Origin: Rickettsiales bacterium
GTDB taxonomy: Bacteria > Pseudomonadota > Alphaproteobacteria > Rickettsiales > UBA3002
Reading direction: 5' to 3'
DNA length: 64,000 bases
Assembly (NCBI GenBank): GCA_044237845.1
Contig: JBIIEL010000004.1
Span: 8,812-72,811, forward strand
Position 1 is the first letter of the stretch; every line of letters begins with the position of its first letter. Under the pieces are notes generated by a model. That model did not search any database. It was not told the origin of the DNA and saw only the letters and a list, made by a program, of their open reading frames with translations. Shown piece after piece: positions 27,114 through 36,338 of the stretch. The position numbers were made by a program, and so were the translations under genes.

Positions 27114-28186
27114 ACCAGTCCCCCGCGCTCGGCAAGCACTTGCTGGGCGATAACCCCCCTATTGCCTTCGCGACTCGCGATTGCTTGCAGTAGGGCGATG
27201 CCCTGATCACCATAGCGGTGAAGCGCTTCTGCCGCACGGAACCGTACCCACCAATCCGAATCGTCAAGCCGTGCCACCAGCGGTGCGATGGCGGCGGGCA
27301 AGTGGAATCCGCCCAACGCTTGCGCGGCCTGCACGCGCACAGCTTGCTCTGGCGAGGTAAGATGTGGCAGAATCGCTTCCCCGGCGCGGCTGTCGCCTAG
27401 CTTGCTGAGTGCTGTAATCGCCGCCGCACAGATGTCGCTGTGTGGATCGTCGAGTAATGCCACCAGCGTATCTACTGCTTCAAGCACACCGAGTGTGCCA
27501 AGCGCATGAATCCCCGCGAGGCGCACTTCCAGTACCGCTTCCGATTGTACCAATGCACACAATGAAGGAACCACCGGCGCGCCAAAACGCTGCAATACAT
27601 CGGCCAGCATGAGCATATTTGTGCGACCTGAGCGACCAAGGCTCGCGAGGATATGGTCCAGATGCTGGGTTGCCCCACGCATGGCAAGACCGCGTAACGC
27701 GGTGAGCTGCACATACATATCCGTTGCGCTTACCTGCTCAAGCAAATGGGAGAGTGAGGCTTCATCCGTACAATGCGCGAACAAAGTTAGCGTACGCAAG
27801 CGCTCGGATTTGCTGCCCGTACGCAGGTTTGTGCGTAGCAAGGTTATAAGGTCCCACGCCTCAAACATTGCAATGATTCGGTTAGCATCCTGCCCGCGTA
27901 CGTTGCGCAATAAGGTCAGCGCGATGTTCATCACCACAGGCACATCAACGGCAGTCAGAGGTGGCAGGCTTGTCTTCGTTGGCGCCACCGGCGCGTTGAT
28001 CGCTGCATGAAAACAACGTGTCCAATGCTGGGTATGGTGATCCGCATGGCGCAACTTCCGCACAAACAGCACGCGTTTGATAATCAGCCCCGCCATCACC
28101 ACAAAAGCGAGCGCGGCAAGAATCAGCGATCCGTACCACAGCGCGGAGAGTAGCGTTGGCTCAGAACCGGTAGCTGATACTGGCAT
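27110..28186 (-). CDS. Membrane-anchored HEAT-repeat protein
   Basis: One N-terminal TM helix, then repeated helical pairs 'EVRLAGIHALGTLG', 'DICAAAITALSKLGD', 'AVRVQAAQALGG' and 'WWVRFRAAEALHRYG'. The start is set at ATG 28186 and is uncertain. The stop overlaps the GT2 start (ATGA). Confidence 0.7.
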   Translation of the reverse strand: MPVSATGSEPTLLSALWYGSLILAALAFVVMAGLIIKRVLFVRKLRHADHHTQHWTRCFHAAINAPVAPTKTSLPPLTAVDVPVVMNIALTLLRNVRGQDANRIIAMFEAWDLITLLRTNLRTGSKSERLRTLTLFAHCTDEASLSHLLEQVSATDMYVQLTALRGLAMRGATQHLDHILASLGRSGRTNMLMLADVLQRFGAPVVPSLCALVQSEAVLEVRLAGIHALGTLGVLEAVDTLVALLDDPHSDICAAAITALSKLGDSRAGEAILPHLTSPEQAVRVQAAQALGGFHLPAAIAPLVARLDDSDWWVRFRAAEALHRYGDQGIALLQAIASREGNRGVIAQQVLAERGGLV

Positions 28187-29324
28187 TATATATGTCGCGG
28201 ATGTAAGAGTTTTGGCGGTCGTCACGCGCGTAACCCACACGCAATGTGTTTACAGGCGTCACGTCATACGCCGCACCACCGAACCAGGTAGTGGTGTCAA
28301 CTGTCACTCCGGCGACCGTATCGGGCGCAGAGGCATAGCCTGCATAAAACCGCAGTCCATCCGTCACCGTGCCGTCGAGACGACCATCCCAACCGTAGGC
28401 TTTTCTCTCGCTCGACTGGTCAACGATAATCCGCCGCCCGGCGACACTCCAACCATCCGCAACGTCGAGCTTCAGTCCGGGGTTGAGATTGAGTACGCGC
28501 GTGTCGGCATAGGTATCGTAGCGCGCATCTATCGTCGCCCAAAGCGGCGTTGTACTATCCATCACTCGCATGGCGCCACCACCTGCCACCCGGTTGCGCG
28601 GACGAAAATTGGCATGCGATACCAATGAAAGTGCGGCATAGCCATTAACAGTTGGTGAGAACTGGTGGTCAGCACCGAGTTCCACTTCAGCGTCACGCGC
28701 GTTGAACTGGTCGTAGCGTGTGAGCTTGCCATGCAGCGCCGTTTTGCGCGCGTCGAGAAAATGTGTCAGCTGCAAAAATTCCTGGTTCCAATTCGTTTGC
28801 GAGCGGCGCGAGAACTGGCTTAGCTCTAACCCTGTATCTACCTGCCATGGCAGGAAAGCTTCCTGAGCCGCGGCAGGCTTTGCTGCAGCCACACGGGCAG
28901 CCCGCGTCGCTTTCTGTGCACGCAACAATCCATCGCGCGCGTCCTGATAATCCGGGTGCTGGGTGAGAATGGCAGCATAGTGTTTTTCCGCTGTGGCGAA
29001 ATGGCCCTGATGATAGGCAACCGAGCCGCGCAGCAACATCGCATCCGGGTTGGTTTGCTGGGCTTGCGGCAACGCGTTCAGAGCGGCTTCCGCTTCCCTA
29101 TATTTTCCTGCCCAATCGAGCACGCGGATGCGTGCGAGCATCAGTTCGCCATCCTCCGGCGATTCCGCCAGCGCCTTTTTCAGCAATTCAAGTGCGGCGC
29201 CGTATTTTTTCTGCTCTGCCAGTTTACGGCTTTCGGCAACCGTCCCCATCGTGTTCAGGGCGAACGCTGCAGGTGCCAGCATCACCACGCTTATCATTGC
29301 TGCTACGAGTTGTGCCTTGCTCAT
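28161..29324 (-). CDS. Outer-membrane protein: N-terminal TPR repeats plus C-terminal YaiO-like beta-barrel
   Basis: Signal peptide, TPR-like helices (KYGAALELLKKAL..., GKYREAEAAL, GHFATAEKHYAAIL), then alternating beta-strands ending in '...ASISYRF' with a terminal aromatic residue. Confidence 0.7.
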   Translation of the reverse strand: MSKAQLVAAMISVVMLAPAAFALNTMGTVAESRKLAEQKKYGAALELLKKALAESPEDGELMLARIRVLDWAGKYREAEAALNALPQAQQTNPDAMLLRGSVAYHQGHFATAEKHYAAILTQHPDYQDARDGLLRAQKATRAARVAAAKPAAAQEAFLPWQVDTGLELSQFSRRSQTNWNQEFLQLTHFLDARKTALHGKLTRYDQFNARDAEVELGADHQFSPTVNGYAALSLVSHANFRPRNRVAGGGAMRVMDSTTPLWATIDARYDTYADTRVLNLNPGLKLDVADGWSVAGRRIIVDQSSERKAYGWDGRLDGTVTDGLRFYAGYASAPDTVAGVTVDTTTWFGGAAYDVTPVNTLRVGYARDDRQNSYIRDIYNASISYRF

Positions 29325-29325
29325 C

Positions 29326-30459
29326 TTATACGCTCGCCGTCGCGGATTCCTGCATCAGACGCATACATCGTGCGACGACTTCCTCCGGATTGAATGGCTT
29401 GATGATGTAATCCTCTGCCCCGGTATTCAGCCCCTCCAACACGTTACTGCTGTAGTGCCGTGCAGTGAGGAACACGACGGGAATATGCGCCAGCGCTTTG
29501 GTTTCCTTCATCATCCGCAGCAACGCCAATCCCTCAATGCCTGGCATCATGCGGTCGAGCAACGCAAGGCTAACCGGATTTTTGAGAAGAAATTTCCACG
29601 CCTCGGTGCCGTCTACCGTCATCGATACCTTGCAGCCAGCATGGCGGAATTTATGCGCCAGTAACTCGCGCACGGATTCATCATCGTCTACAATCAGAAT
29701 ATGCCGCCCAAGGCGCTGCAAGCGCCGTTTGATTTTCTCTGACACTACCGTGGGAGAGAATGGTTTGGTGATGTAATCTACTGCACCCGCCATCAGCCCT
29801 TGCATCATTTCCTCGGGCCGATCACTCGCGGTGATCATCACCACCGGAATCCCCGAAATATCGGGCATCGCACGGATTTCTTCCAGCAGCTTGAGGCCGT
29901 GCGTGCCTTCTGGCATCCAGTCATCCAGCAGCACAAGATCGGGCTTTTCCGCCCGCATCAACGCCAGTGCTTCGTGACTGTTTGTGGCTTTGAGTATTAC
30001 CGCATCGCGTGCGAATAGCCCGTGCAGAATGGCGTGCACTTCATCGTCGTCATCCACTACCAGCATTTTCGGCAATGCGTGGCCAGCGACCTCTGCCTCT
30101 TCATGCAATTCGACTGCGGCTGCAGGCGAGGAACTTTCCTTAGCTAGTTCGCAGGCGGCGAGCAATGCGCGCAGATACGACACTTCTTTTGGGGACGCCT
30201 CTTCTGCCGGATGCATGAGCAATTCTTCAAGCGCACGTCCAGCGATGCTGATCTCGGGAAAGCCGTATGTCGCACCCGTGCCAGACAATTTATGCGCCAG
30301 CGCTTTCATTTCCATCCGCGCGTTTTCAGGCCACGCGCCGACATTGCGCTCTGCCAGAAAGCGCTTCAATACCGCCACACGATTAGCAAGCTGCGCCACA
30401 TAGCGCGCACGCAGCACCTGCATCTTGGATTCTACATCATGGCTTGCACTATCTGGCAT
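29326..30459 (-). CDS. Phosphorelay protein: Hpt domain plus two receiver (REC) domains
   Basis: Hpt 'ALAHKLSGTGATYGF'. REC1 'MLVVDDDDEVH...DLVLLDDWMPE...VVMITA'. REC2 'ILIVDDDESVR...LALLDRMMPGIEG...VVFLTA'. Confidence 0.85.
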   Translation of the reverse strand: MPDSASHDVESKMQVLRARYVAQLANRVAVLKRFLAERNVGAWPENARMEMKALAHKLSGTGATYGFPEISIAGRALEELLMHPAEEASPKEVSYLRALLAACELAKESSSPAAAVELHEEAEVAGHALPKMLVVDDDDEVHAILHGLFARDAVILKATNSHEALALMRAEKPDLVLLDDWMPEGTHGLKLLEEIRAMPDISGIPVVMITASDRPEEMMQGLMAGAVDYITKPFSPTVVSEKIKRRLQRLGRHILIVDDDESVRELLAHKFRHAGCKVSMTVDGTEAWKFLLKNPVSLALLDRMMPGIEGLALLRMMKETKALAHIPVVFLTARHYSSNVLEGLNTGAEDYIIKPFNPEEVVARCMRLMQESATASV

Positions 30460-30841
30460 GGTAATTCTCCCAGAGTTCAGTCAGTTGGGCAGACAGTAAC
30501 ATGGGATCGAAGGGTTTAGCAATCACGCCGATCGCTCCCTGCTGTAAATAGCGCGTCACATCCGCCGTCTGCACCCGCGCGGTCATGAAAACAACCGGGA
30601 CAGAAGCCAACGCCGGATTTTGTTGTAGAGCTTTCAACGTGGCAGTGCCATCCATTTCCGGCATCATCACGTCGAGCAAAATAATATCCGGAGCGATCGT
30701 CTCTGCCTTCGCGACTGCCTCGGCACCGCTATGCAAACAGGTCACTGTAAAATCGCCGACCGTGGCGAGGGACATCTCCGCCACTTCGAGAATATCTGCC
30801 TCGTCATCGACACAAAGCACATGCTGCAATTTACGCGTCAT
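30449..30841 (-). CDS. Single-domain response regulator (CheY-like)
   Basis: 'VLCVDDEADI...DIILLDVMMPEMDG...VVFMTA...KPF'; 130 aa with no output domain. Confidence 0.9.
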   Translation of the reverse strand: MTRKLQHVLCVDDEADILEVAEMSLATVGDFTVTCLHSGAEAVAKAETIAPDIILLDVMMPEMDGTATLKALQQNPALASVPVVFMTARVQTADVTRYLQQGAIGVIAKPFDPMLLSAQLTELWENYHAR

Positions 30842-31973
30842 CCGCGTTCTCCCCCATCATAGGAAACTCTACCCAGAAAGTCGCTCCCTCGCCAGGCGGG
30901 GAATCAAAACCAATCGTGCCGCCCATATGCTCGACCAGCGCTTTACTGATATGCAGCCCCAGACCAGAGCCGCCCTTTCTGCGTGTGAGCGACGAATCCG
31001 CTTGTACAAAGCGGCCAAAAATACGCTCACGGAATTCATCGGAAATTCCGGAGCCGCAATCCTTCACCGCGACCCGCACCTGGTCGCCACACGACTCCAC
31101 CCGAACAGTAACCACGCTATGTGCCGGCGAAAATTTAGCCGCATTCGAGAGCAGGTTCGACAAAATCTGAATGAAGCGCGCACCATCCAGATTCGCCACG
31201 AAATCACCCTCTTCAGCGATGATCTCGACCGATACGTCGTATTTCGTTGCGTAGCCATGGGTTGCATCCACCGCCTGCTGAGTGAGGGCAAGAATCGATT
31301 CCGGCTGCATTTCAAGCCGCATATGGCCGGAGGCGATTTTATCGATATCAAGAATATCGTTAATCAGCACAATCAGCCGTTCGCTGTTGCTATGGGCGAT
31401 CGTAATTAACCGTCGGACTTTCTCTGGCAGCGCATCCGCCATCGTGCCAACAACCAGCCCCAGCGCACCGCGGATGGAGGTGAGCGGTGTGCGCAATTCA
31501 TGGCTCACCATCGAAATAAATTCATTCTTCATGTTCTCGAGCTGCTTGCGTTGTACCGCATATTGCATCGCGCGTTTGATCGATTGGCTGTTAATGTTAC
31601 TTTTGAGTAGCCAGTCCTGTGCTCCACATTCCACGGCAGAGAGAGCCATTTCTTCTTCCGCCACCCCGCTCACCGGACCGGTGACCATAATAATCGGCAA
31701 GCTGGGTGCCACCGACTGCAGACTGAGCAGCCCGTTAAACCCGATCGTATCCGGCAGGGTAAAATCGAGCAGCACCACGTCGAACGCTTCTGTTTCGAGC
31801 AGATGAATCGCTTCGCGCAGCAACCGCGTTTTGTGCAGGCTGTAATGTATAAAGCCGCTCTGCGCGAGCGCTGCCTCAATCAGTGCGATATCGCTCGCGG
31901 AATCCTCCACCAGCAATATTCGCAAACTATTCGCTAACGTAACTTTTTCCATGCGCGCACCCAATCGCGTCAT
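30831..31973 (-). CDS. Soluble REC-HisKA-HATPase histidine kinase (receiver-input kinase)
   Basis: N-terminal REC 'ILLVEDSASD...DVVLLDFTLPD...IIMVTG'. H-box 'MVSHELRTPL', N-box 'LSNLLSNAAKF', G-boxes 'DCGSGI' and 'GGSGLGLHISK'. No TM or sensor domain. Confidence 0.85.
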   Translation of the reverse strand: MTRLGARMEKVTLANSLRILLVEDSASDIALIEAALAQSGFIHYSLHKTRLLREAIHLLETEAFDVVLLDFTLPDTIGFNGLLSLQSVAPSLPIIMVTGPVSGVAEEEMALSAVECGAQDWLLKSNINSQSIKRAMQYAVQRKQLENMKNEFISMVSHELRTPLTSIRGALGLVVGTMADALPEKVRRLITIAHSNSERLIVLINDILDIDKIASGHMRLEMQPESILALTQQAVDATHGYATKYDVSVEIIAEEGDFVANLDGARFIQILSNLLSNAAKFSPAHSVVTVRVESCGDQVRVAVKDCGSGISDEFRERIFGRFVQADSSLTRRKGGSGLGLHISKALVEHMGGTIGFDSPPGEGATFWVEFPMMGENADDA

Positions 31974-32598
31974 GCTAAATTGATTCCGTTGGCTTCTCTA
32001 GGGATAAGGCTGCACGACAGGAATTTCGCCTACAAAAGCGGGCTAGGCGTGTACATTACACCACAAATGAGGCCAAAGTCGCACATGGCAGGGTGCGTTT
32101 CATCGCCACGCGATTATGACCAGAACAAGCCAACGTATCAGGCCACCAGAATCGCCACCCACACTATTGCGGCATTCACGAGTGAAATTGCTAGCAGGAT
32201 TTTATTTTTAAAGCCAATTTTTGCCTACAAATCTAATCGCTTTTTAAGAAGCCAAGAATCTTTGCTCATCTACATGGAAAATTTTTTAAATCTGCTGGTA
32301 TCGCTATCTTGACCCGCACATTCGCCTCTAGAGATAACCCTCCGCAACAGGCTCCATTCCGCCCTAGCAGTGATAGTCTCCAGTCATTCTGGCAATAAAA
32401 AGCCTGCCCAAGGCGCGGCTGAGGGTGCGGGTAGCTAAAATGACAGGAGGCATATGGGAAACTGGTGGTCGGCAGCGGAGTCGGAGCGAACCAATTAGTG
32501 GTATTCGTAAACGCCATGAACGAGATGGGCAAGATATTTGAGAGCCATGTAAAACTTGAGAAAAAGGCGTTCAAGTTTGAACCTATGCTACTTGCAGC

Positions 32599-33030
32599 TT
32601 AATCCCGTGGCGTGATGTTGTCGCGCCGCTTGAGAATAATATCCAAAATGCCGCTGCGGATTTGATCGAATAAGCGCGGCGGCAAAAAGCCATAGGTCAT
32701 TTCACCCGGCTTACCGGGAACAGGTCGCAGATCATAGCCCGGCCAGACGAACTGATTCACCTCATCGAGGATTACCCATGAGCGATCATCATCCAGCCCT
32801 AAATGCTGCTTCACTCGCAGGGGAATTTCTAAGCAGGGAGTGCCGGGGGATGGTGGTGAATGCGTGATGGGCGCAACGGTGACTTGCGTGCCGCTATCGT
32901 GCTTCTCCACCGACAACACGATGACGCACGGACGGCTCTTTCGGCCTTCCTCCTGACCTGCCTCAAACTCCCTGCGCCATAAAAAGGCGTAGGAAATCAC
33001 GAGGCCGGGTTCTGGATTTGGAATGGCCAT
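32599..33030 (-). CDS. PemK/MazF-like toxin-fold protein (putative type II toxin)
   Basis: 'PEPGLVISYAFLWRRE...GRKSRPCVIVLSV' resembles the N-terminal SH3-like barrel of MazF/PemK. It lies 6 nt downstream of a Phd/YefM-like gene. Confidence 0.5.
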   Translation of the reverse strand: MAIPNPEPGLVISYAFLWRREFEAGQEEGRKSRPCVIVLSVEKHDSGTQVTVAPITHSPPSPGTPCLEIPLRVKQHLGLDDDRSWVILDEVNQFVWPGYDLRPVPGKPGEMTYGFLPPRLFDQIRSGILDIILKRRDNITPRD

Positions 33031-33036
33031 GGTGGA

Positions 33037-33303
33037 TTAGTCGTCGAGCAGGCTGTTCAGGTGATCGTGCTTTGCGTCCATTTTACTGGCGGCTATCGCC
33101 TGAATGGTTTCTTCGGATAGCCCTTCTACTGCAAACGCTTTGGGCATCTGTGCCTTCATCCGCAGATAGGCCTCATAGTCTGAACCTGACACGAAATAAC
33201 CTGTCACGCGATCATGGCTGGTGACGGCCACCGGCTCACGCTGCGCGGCTTCACGGTAACGGCCAAAGTTCTTTGAAAACTCGCTGGAAGGAACAGTAAT
33301 CAT
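33037..33303 (-). CDS. Phd/YefM-family antitoxin
   Basis: 'MITVPSSEFSKNFGRYREAAQREPVAVTSHDRVTGYFVSGSDYEAYL'. ATG 33303 is preceded by an AGGAGA ribosome-binding site. Confidence 0.7.
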   Translation of the reverse strand: MITVPSSEFSKNFGRYREAAQREPVAVTSHDRVTGYFVSGSDYEAYLRMKAQMPKAFAVEGLSEETIQAIAASKMDAKHDHLNSLLDD

Positions 33304-33521
33304 AAGCGTATCTCCTATTTCCCTTATTATACCCAAATTACAGATAATACGCAAGATGTTCTATGCTCCGCCTCCCAGTTACCTCAGCGGAGTCGGATAG
33401 AACCGGAAAAATTAGCCTTATAATTCAGCGCTTTTGAACGATTATAACGCAAAATCAGGACAAAATCCTAGAACCGCCTCAACCAGCAGTAGGTCTACAT
33501 CTGAATTTTTGAAAGGGAGAT

Positions 33522-33597
<76 letters not shown>

Positions 33598-33739
33598 ACG
33601 CGCAATGCTGCGCCCCGAATCGGGCAGGGAGGGTGGTAGACGAATCATCCGCCCCCGTCAACGGCAAAAATAATGGGGTGGAAACGGATTTCTTCAGTTT
33701 CGCGTCATAGGGGGGGCGTATAGGTGGTTTTCGACAACA

Positions 33740-33769
33740 TAGACGACCTTATAGACGATCTTTAGACAG
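33740..33769 (+). promoter_or_regulatory. Three direct heptamer repeats TAGACGA / TAGACGA / TAGACAG at 11-12-nt spacing, a candidate response-regulator site
   Basis: Read directly, 40-70 nt upstream of the ATG at 33810. Confidence 0.3.
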
Positions 33770-33809
33770 CTTCTTTCACTCCCATTCCACCATACATTCA
33801 GGAGATTTT

Positions 33810-34529
33810 ATGACGATGCGTAAATCACTGTTACTGGCCTCCGCGGCATTTACCCTTATCGGTGCGGGCGCGGCGGTTGCCGAATCAGCCCCGGCCGATA
33901 TCGCGCGTGACCCAAAGGTGGCCGCTGCCGATGCGGCGCACCAGAAGCTGCACTCGCTGCGCGATAACCGTCAGGAAATCATCGGCGACCGGAGGGAGCT
34001 GCATGAGGACCGGAAGGAGCTGCGTGATGCGCGCCGTGAAGGCAATGCCGATGCGGTAGCTGCAGAGAAAGTGGAAGTCAAACAAGGCCGCGAAGAGCTG
34101 CGCGACGATATGCGCGCGCGCCATGAAGAGCGCAAAGAATTGCGTGATGACCGTCGTGAGCACCGCCAGGAGATGCACGGCAAGCATCAGGAAAAACGCG
34201 CAGAGCATCGCGAGAAGCGTCAGGACCGTCGTGAACATCTGCGTCCCGGGCATATCCCAGCAGGCGGCCCCGAAACACAAACCAGACCAAAGGTGGACGT
34301 GAATGCGCCAACGACCAAACCGCCAGTGGTGGGTCTGGGTAGCGGTGGTCCTGCACCGATGGAAGGTCGTCCAATGGAAATGCCACCACGCCCACGTCCG
34401 GAGCCGGTGAAAGAATTTCCACGCCCAGCCGTCACCCGGCAAGGTGACGCATCCGCACCCACCGCGGTGATCAAAGGCGCGCCCGTATCGACCGATGCGC
34501 CAACCGCCGATGATGCTGCCGCGCACTAA
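33810..34529 (+). CDS. Secreted protein with highly charged Arg/Glu/Asp/His helical repeats and a Pro-rich C-terminal half
   Basis: Signal peptide 'MTMRKSLLLASAAFTLIGAGAAVA'. Repeats 'RRELHEDRKELRDARRE' and 'RHEERKELRDDRREHRQE'. RBS 'aggaga'. Confidence 0.7.
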   Translation: MTMRKSLLLASAAFTLIGAGAAVAESAPADIARDPKVAAADAAHQKLHSLRDNRQEIIGDRRELHEDRKELRDARREGNADAVAAEKVEVKQGREELRDDMRARHEERKELRDDRREHRQEMHGKHQEKRAEHREKRQDRREHLRPGHIPAGGPETQTRPKVDVNAPTTKPPVVGLGSGGPAPMEGRPMEMPPRPRPEPVKEFPRPAVTRQGDASAPTAVIKGAPVSTDAPTADDAAAH

Positions 34530-34556
34530 TATTCGTTCGTAACATCCCCACTTTAT

Positions 34557-34586
34557 ACGGCCGGGCTCACCCCCGGCCGTTTTTTG
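34557..34586 (+). terminator. Rho-independent terminator
   Basis: Stem acggccggg / cccggccgt with a 6-nt loop, followed by TTTTTG. Confidence 0.8.
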
Positions 34587-34657
34587 TCAAAACCGGCTGC
34601 AGAATGCTCTCAGGAGCGATGCTTGCCAAAAAATACGTTTCGCGATACATCTGATAT

Positions 34658-35008
34658 ATGACCAACGCTGCTGAGATAAAACAGAAGCTACTGCGCTATC
34701 TGCGCTTTGCGAAGGCGTGGCTGCTGCGCGAGGAGCATCAGCAAAAAGCGCGAGAGTTGAAAGCGCAGGCACACCGCGCGTTTACCGAGCATCCGGAAGA
34801 GGCTGGGGAGACGTATTTGCAGCATCTCTGGTTCACGACGACGATGTCGGCGCGGTTCCTCTACGCCTCGCTGGTGATTATGATTCATGGCGCGTTTCCG
34901 TTCCTGCTCACGACGGCGGCAAGCACGCAGATCGAAACGGTCTATCGCATCATGAAATCCCGCATTCCGAAGTCACGCCGCGAGACGCTCGACGCGGACG
35001 ACGCTTAG
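34658..35008 (+). CDS. Small conserved-looking membrane protein, function unknown
   Basis: 116 aa, amphipathic N-terminus, then 2 hydrophobic helices (LWFTTTMSARFLYASLVIMIHGAFPFLL). Confidence 0.5.
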   Translation: MTNAAEIKQKLLRYLRFAKAWLLREEHQQKARELKAQAHRAFTEHPEEAGETYLQHLWFTTTMSARFLYASLVIMIHGAFPFLLTTAASTQIETVYRIMKSRIPKSRRETLDADDA

Positions 35009-35011
35009 CGC

Positions 35012-36331
35012 ATGGCCGCGCGGCGCATCGGCATTATTGGCTTCGGCTTTTCCGGCCTGATGGTTGCGGCGCATCTCGTGCGCCAAGCTGCGCCGGGAGG
35101 CATTATTTATATTATAGCCGATGATTTTTCGGCGCGCGGCATGGCCTATGGCACGGGCGACACCGCCCATTTGCTCAACGTGCCAGCAGGGCGCATGGGC
35201 GCATTCCCGGACGCCATCGACGGGTTCTATGCGTGGATGCAAACGGCGAACGGGGCGCTCGCCAAACAGCGCTGGAAGCTGACGAAGGATTACGCGCCGA
35301 CGGATTTCGTGCCGCGCGCACTCTATGGCGAGTATCTCAGCGAACTCTGGCGCGATACGCAGGAAACCGCCGCCGCGCGCGGGGTGATGTTGAAGCTGGT
35401 GGAAACCCGCGCGACGCGGGTGCGCACCGAGGGCGGGCTCGCCATTCTCACTGCGCGGGGCGATGCGATTGCGGTGGAGGCGGCGGTGCTCGCCATCGGC
35501 AACGAAACGAAAGCCATGGCATGGCAGGCTGAAGGCACGCAGGTGATTCAGACGCCGTGGGCAGCGGGCGCGCTTAACGGGGAGGCGCAGTGGGCGTCGC
35601 CGGTGATGCTGGTGGGCGCGGGGCTGACGGCGGTCGACACGGTGATGTCGCTGCGCGCAGCGGGCTATACGGGCGAGATCATCGCCACCTCGCGCCACGG
35701 GCGCTGGCCAGCAGCCCACGCACTGCGTGCGAGCCATTTTGAATTTAAAAAGGACGAACTCCTGGCGCAGAAAAACCTGCGTGCAGTGCTGCGCTATGTG
35801 CGTCAGCAGATTGCAGAAACGGGGGACTGGCACGCGGTAATCGACGGGCTGCGGCCTTATACACAAACGCTGTGGCAGAAATTTTCGGCGCGTGACCAGC
35901 AGCGGTTTCTTGCGCGATTGATGAGCGTGTGGAATGTGCATCGCCACCGCATGGCGGCAGAAATTGCGGCGGCGCTTGAAGCGGATTCAGCGCTGCGTGT
36001 GGAGGCATGTGGGAATATCGCCGCGCGTGTGGAGCAGTTGCGCCCCAGCCATCTCATCAACTGCACGGGCAGCGAGCTTGCGGCGACCAGAAGCCGCAAT
36101 CCGCTGATGAAACAACTGCTCGCCGACCATGTGGTGGAGCCGCATAGCAACGGCCTCGGCGTGGCGGTTGACCCGCATCACCGCGCCTGGGGTGCCGCAC
36201 ACCCGCAGCTTTATGTGGTGGGCACGTGGATGACCGGGCAGCTGCTCGAATCCACCGCTGTGCCGGAACTGCGCGTGCAAGCGGCGGCGATTGCGCGTGC
36301 CCTTGCATCTGTCGATCGGACACCTATGTAA
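35012..36331 (+). CDS. FAD/NAD(P)-binding oxidoreductase-like protein
   Basis: N-terminal Rossmann 'RIGIIGFGFSGLMVAAHL' and a second dinucleotide motif 'VMLVGAGLTAVD'. Confidence 0.7.
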   Translation: MAARRIGIIGFGFSGLMVAAHLVRQAAPGGIIYIIADDFSARGMAYGTGDTAHLLNVPAGRMGAFPDAIDGFYAWMQTANGALAKQRWKLTKDYAPTDFVPRALYGEYLSELWRDTQETAAARGVMLKLVETRATRVRTEGGLAILTARGDAIAVEAAVLAIGNETKAMAWQAEGTQVIQTPWAAGALNGEAQWASPVMLVGAGLTAVDTVMSLRAAGYTGEIIATSRHGRWPAAHALRASHFEFKKDELLAQKNLRAVLRYVRQQIAETGDWHAVIDGLRPYTQTLWQKFSARDQQRFLARLMSVWNVHRHRMAAEIAAALEADSALRVEACGNIAARVEQLRPSHLINCTGSELAATRSRNPLMKQLLADHVVEPHSNGLGVAVDPHHRAWGAAHPQLYVVGTWMTGQLLESTAVPELRVQAAAIARALASVDRTPM

Positions 36332-36338
36332 TCTGCCT

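Noticed and set aside
31980-32574. ORFs 31980-32312 (plus strand) and 32266-32574 (minus strand) in the AT-rich spacer
   Set aside because: There is no RBS and no recognisable motif. The ORFs overlap each other and have atypical composition. They are treated as non-coding or decayed DNA.
34658-36331. A fifth interrupted gene: 34658-35008 and 35012-36331 are in the same frame, separated by TAG plus one codon
   Set aside because: The downstream protein begins with its own complete N-terminal Rossmann motif (MAARRIGIIGFGFSG) right at its ATG. The upstream protein is a self-contained small membrane protein. The shared frame is most simply coincidence.
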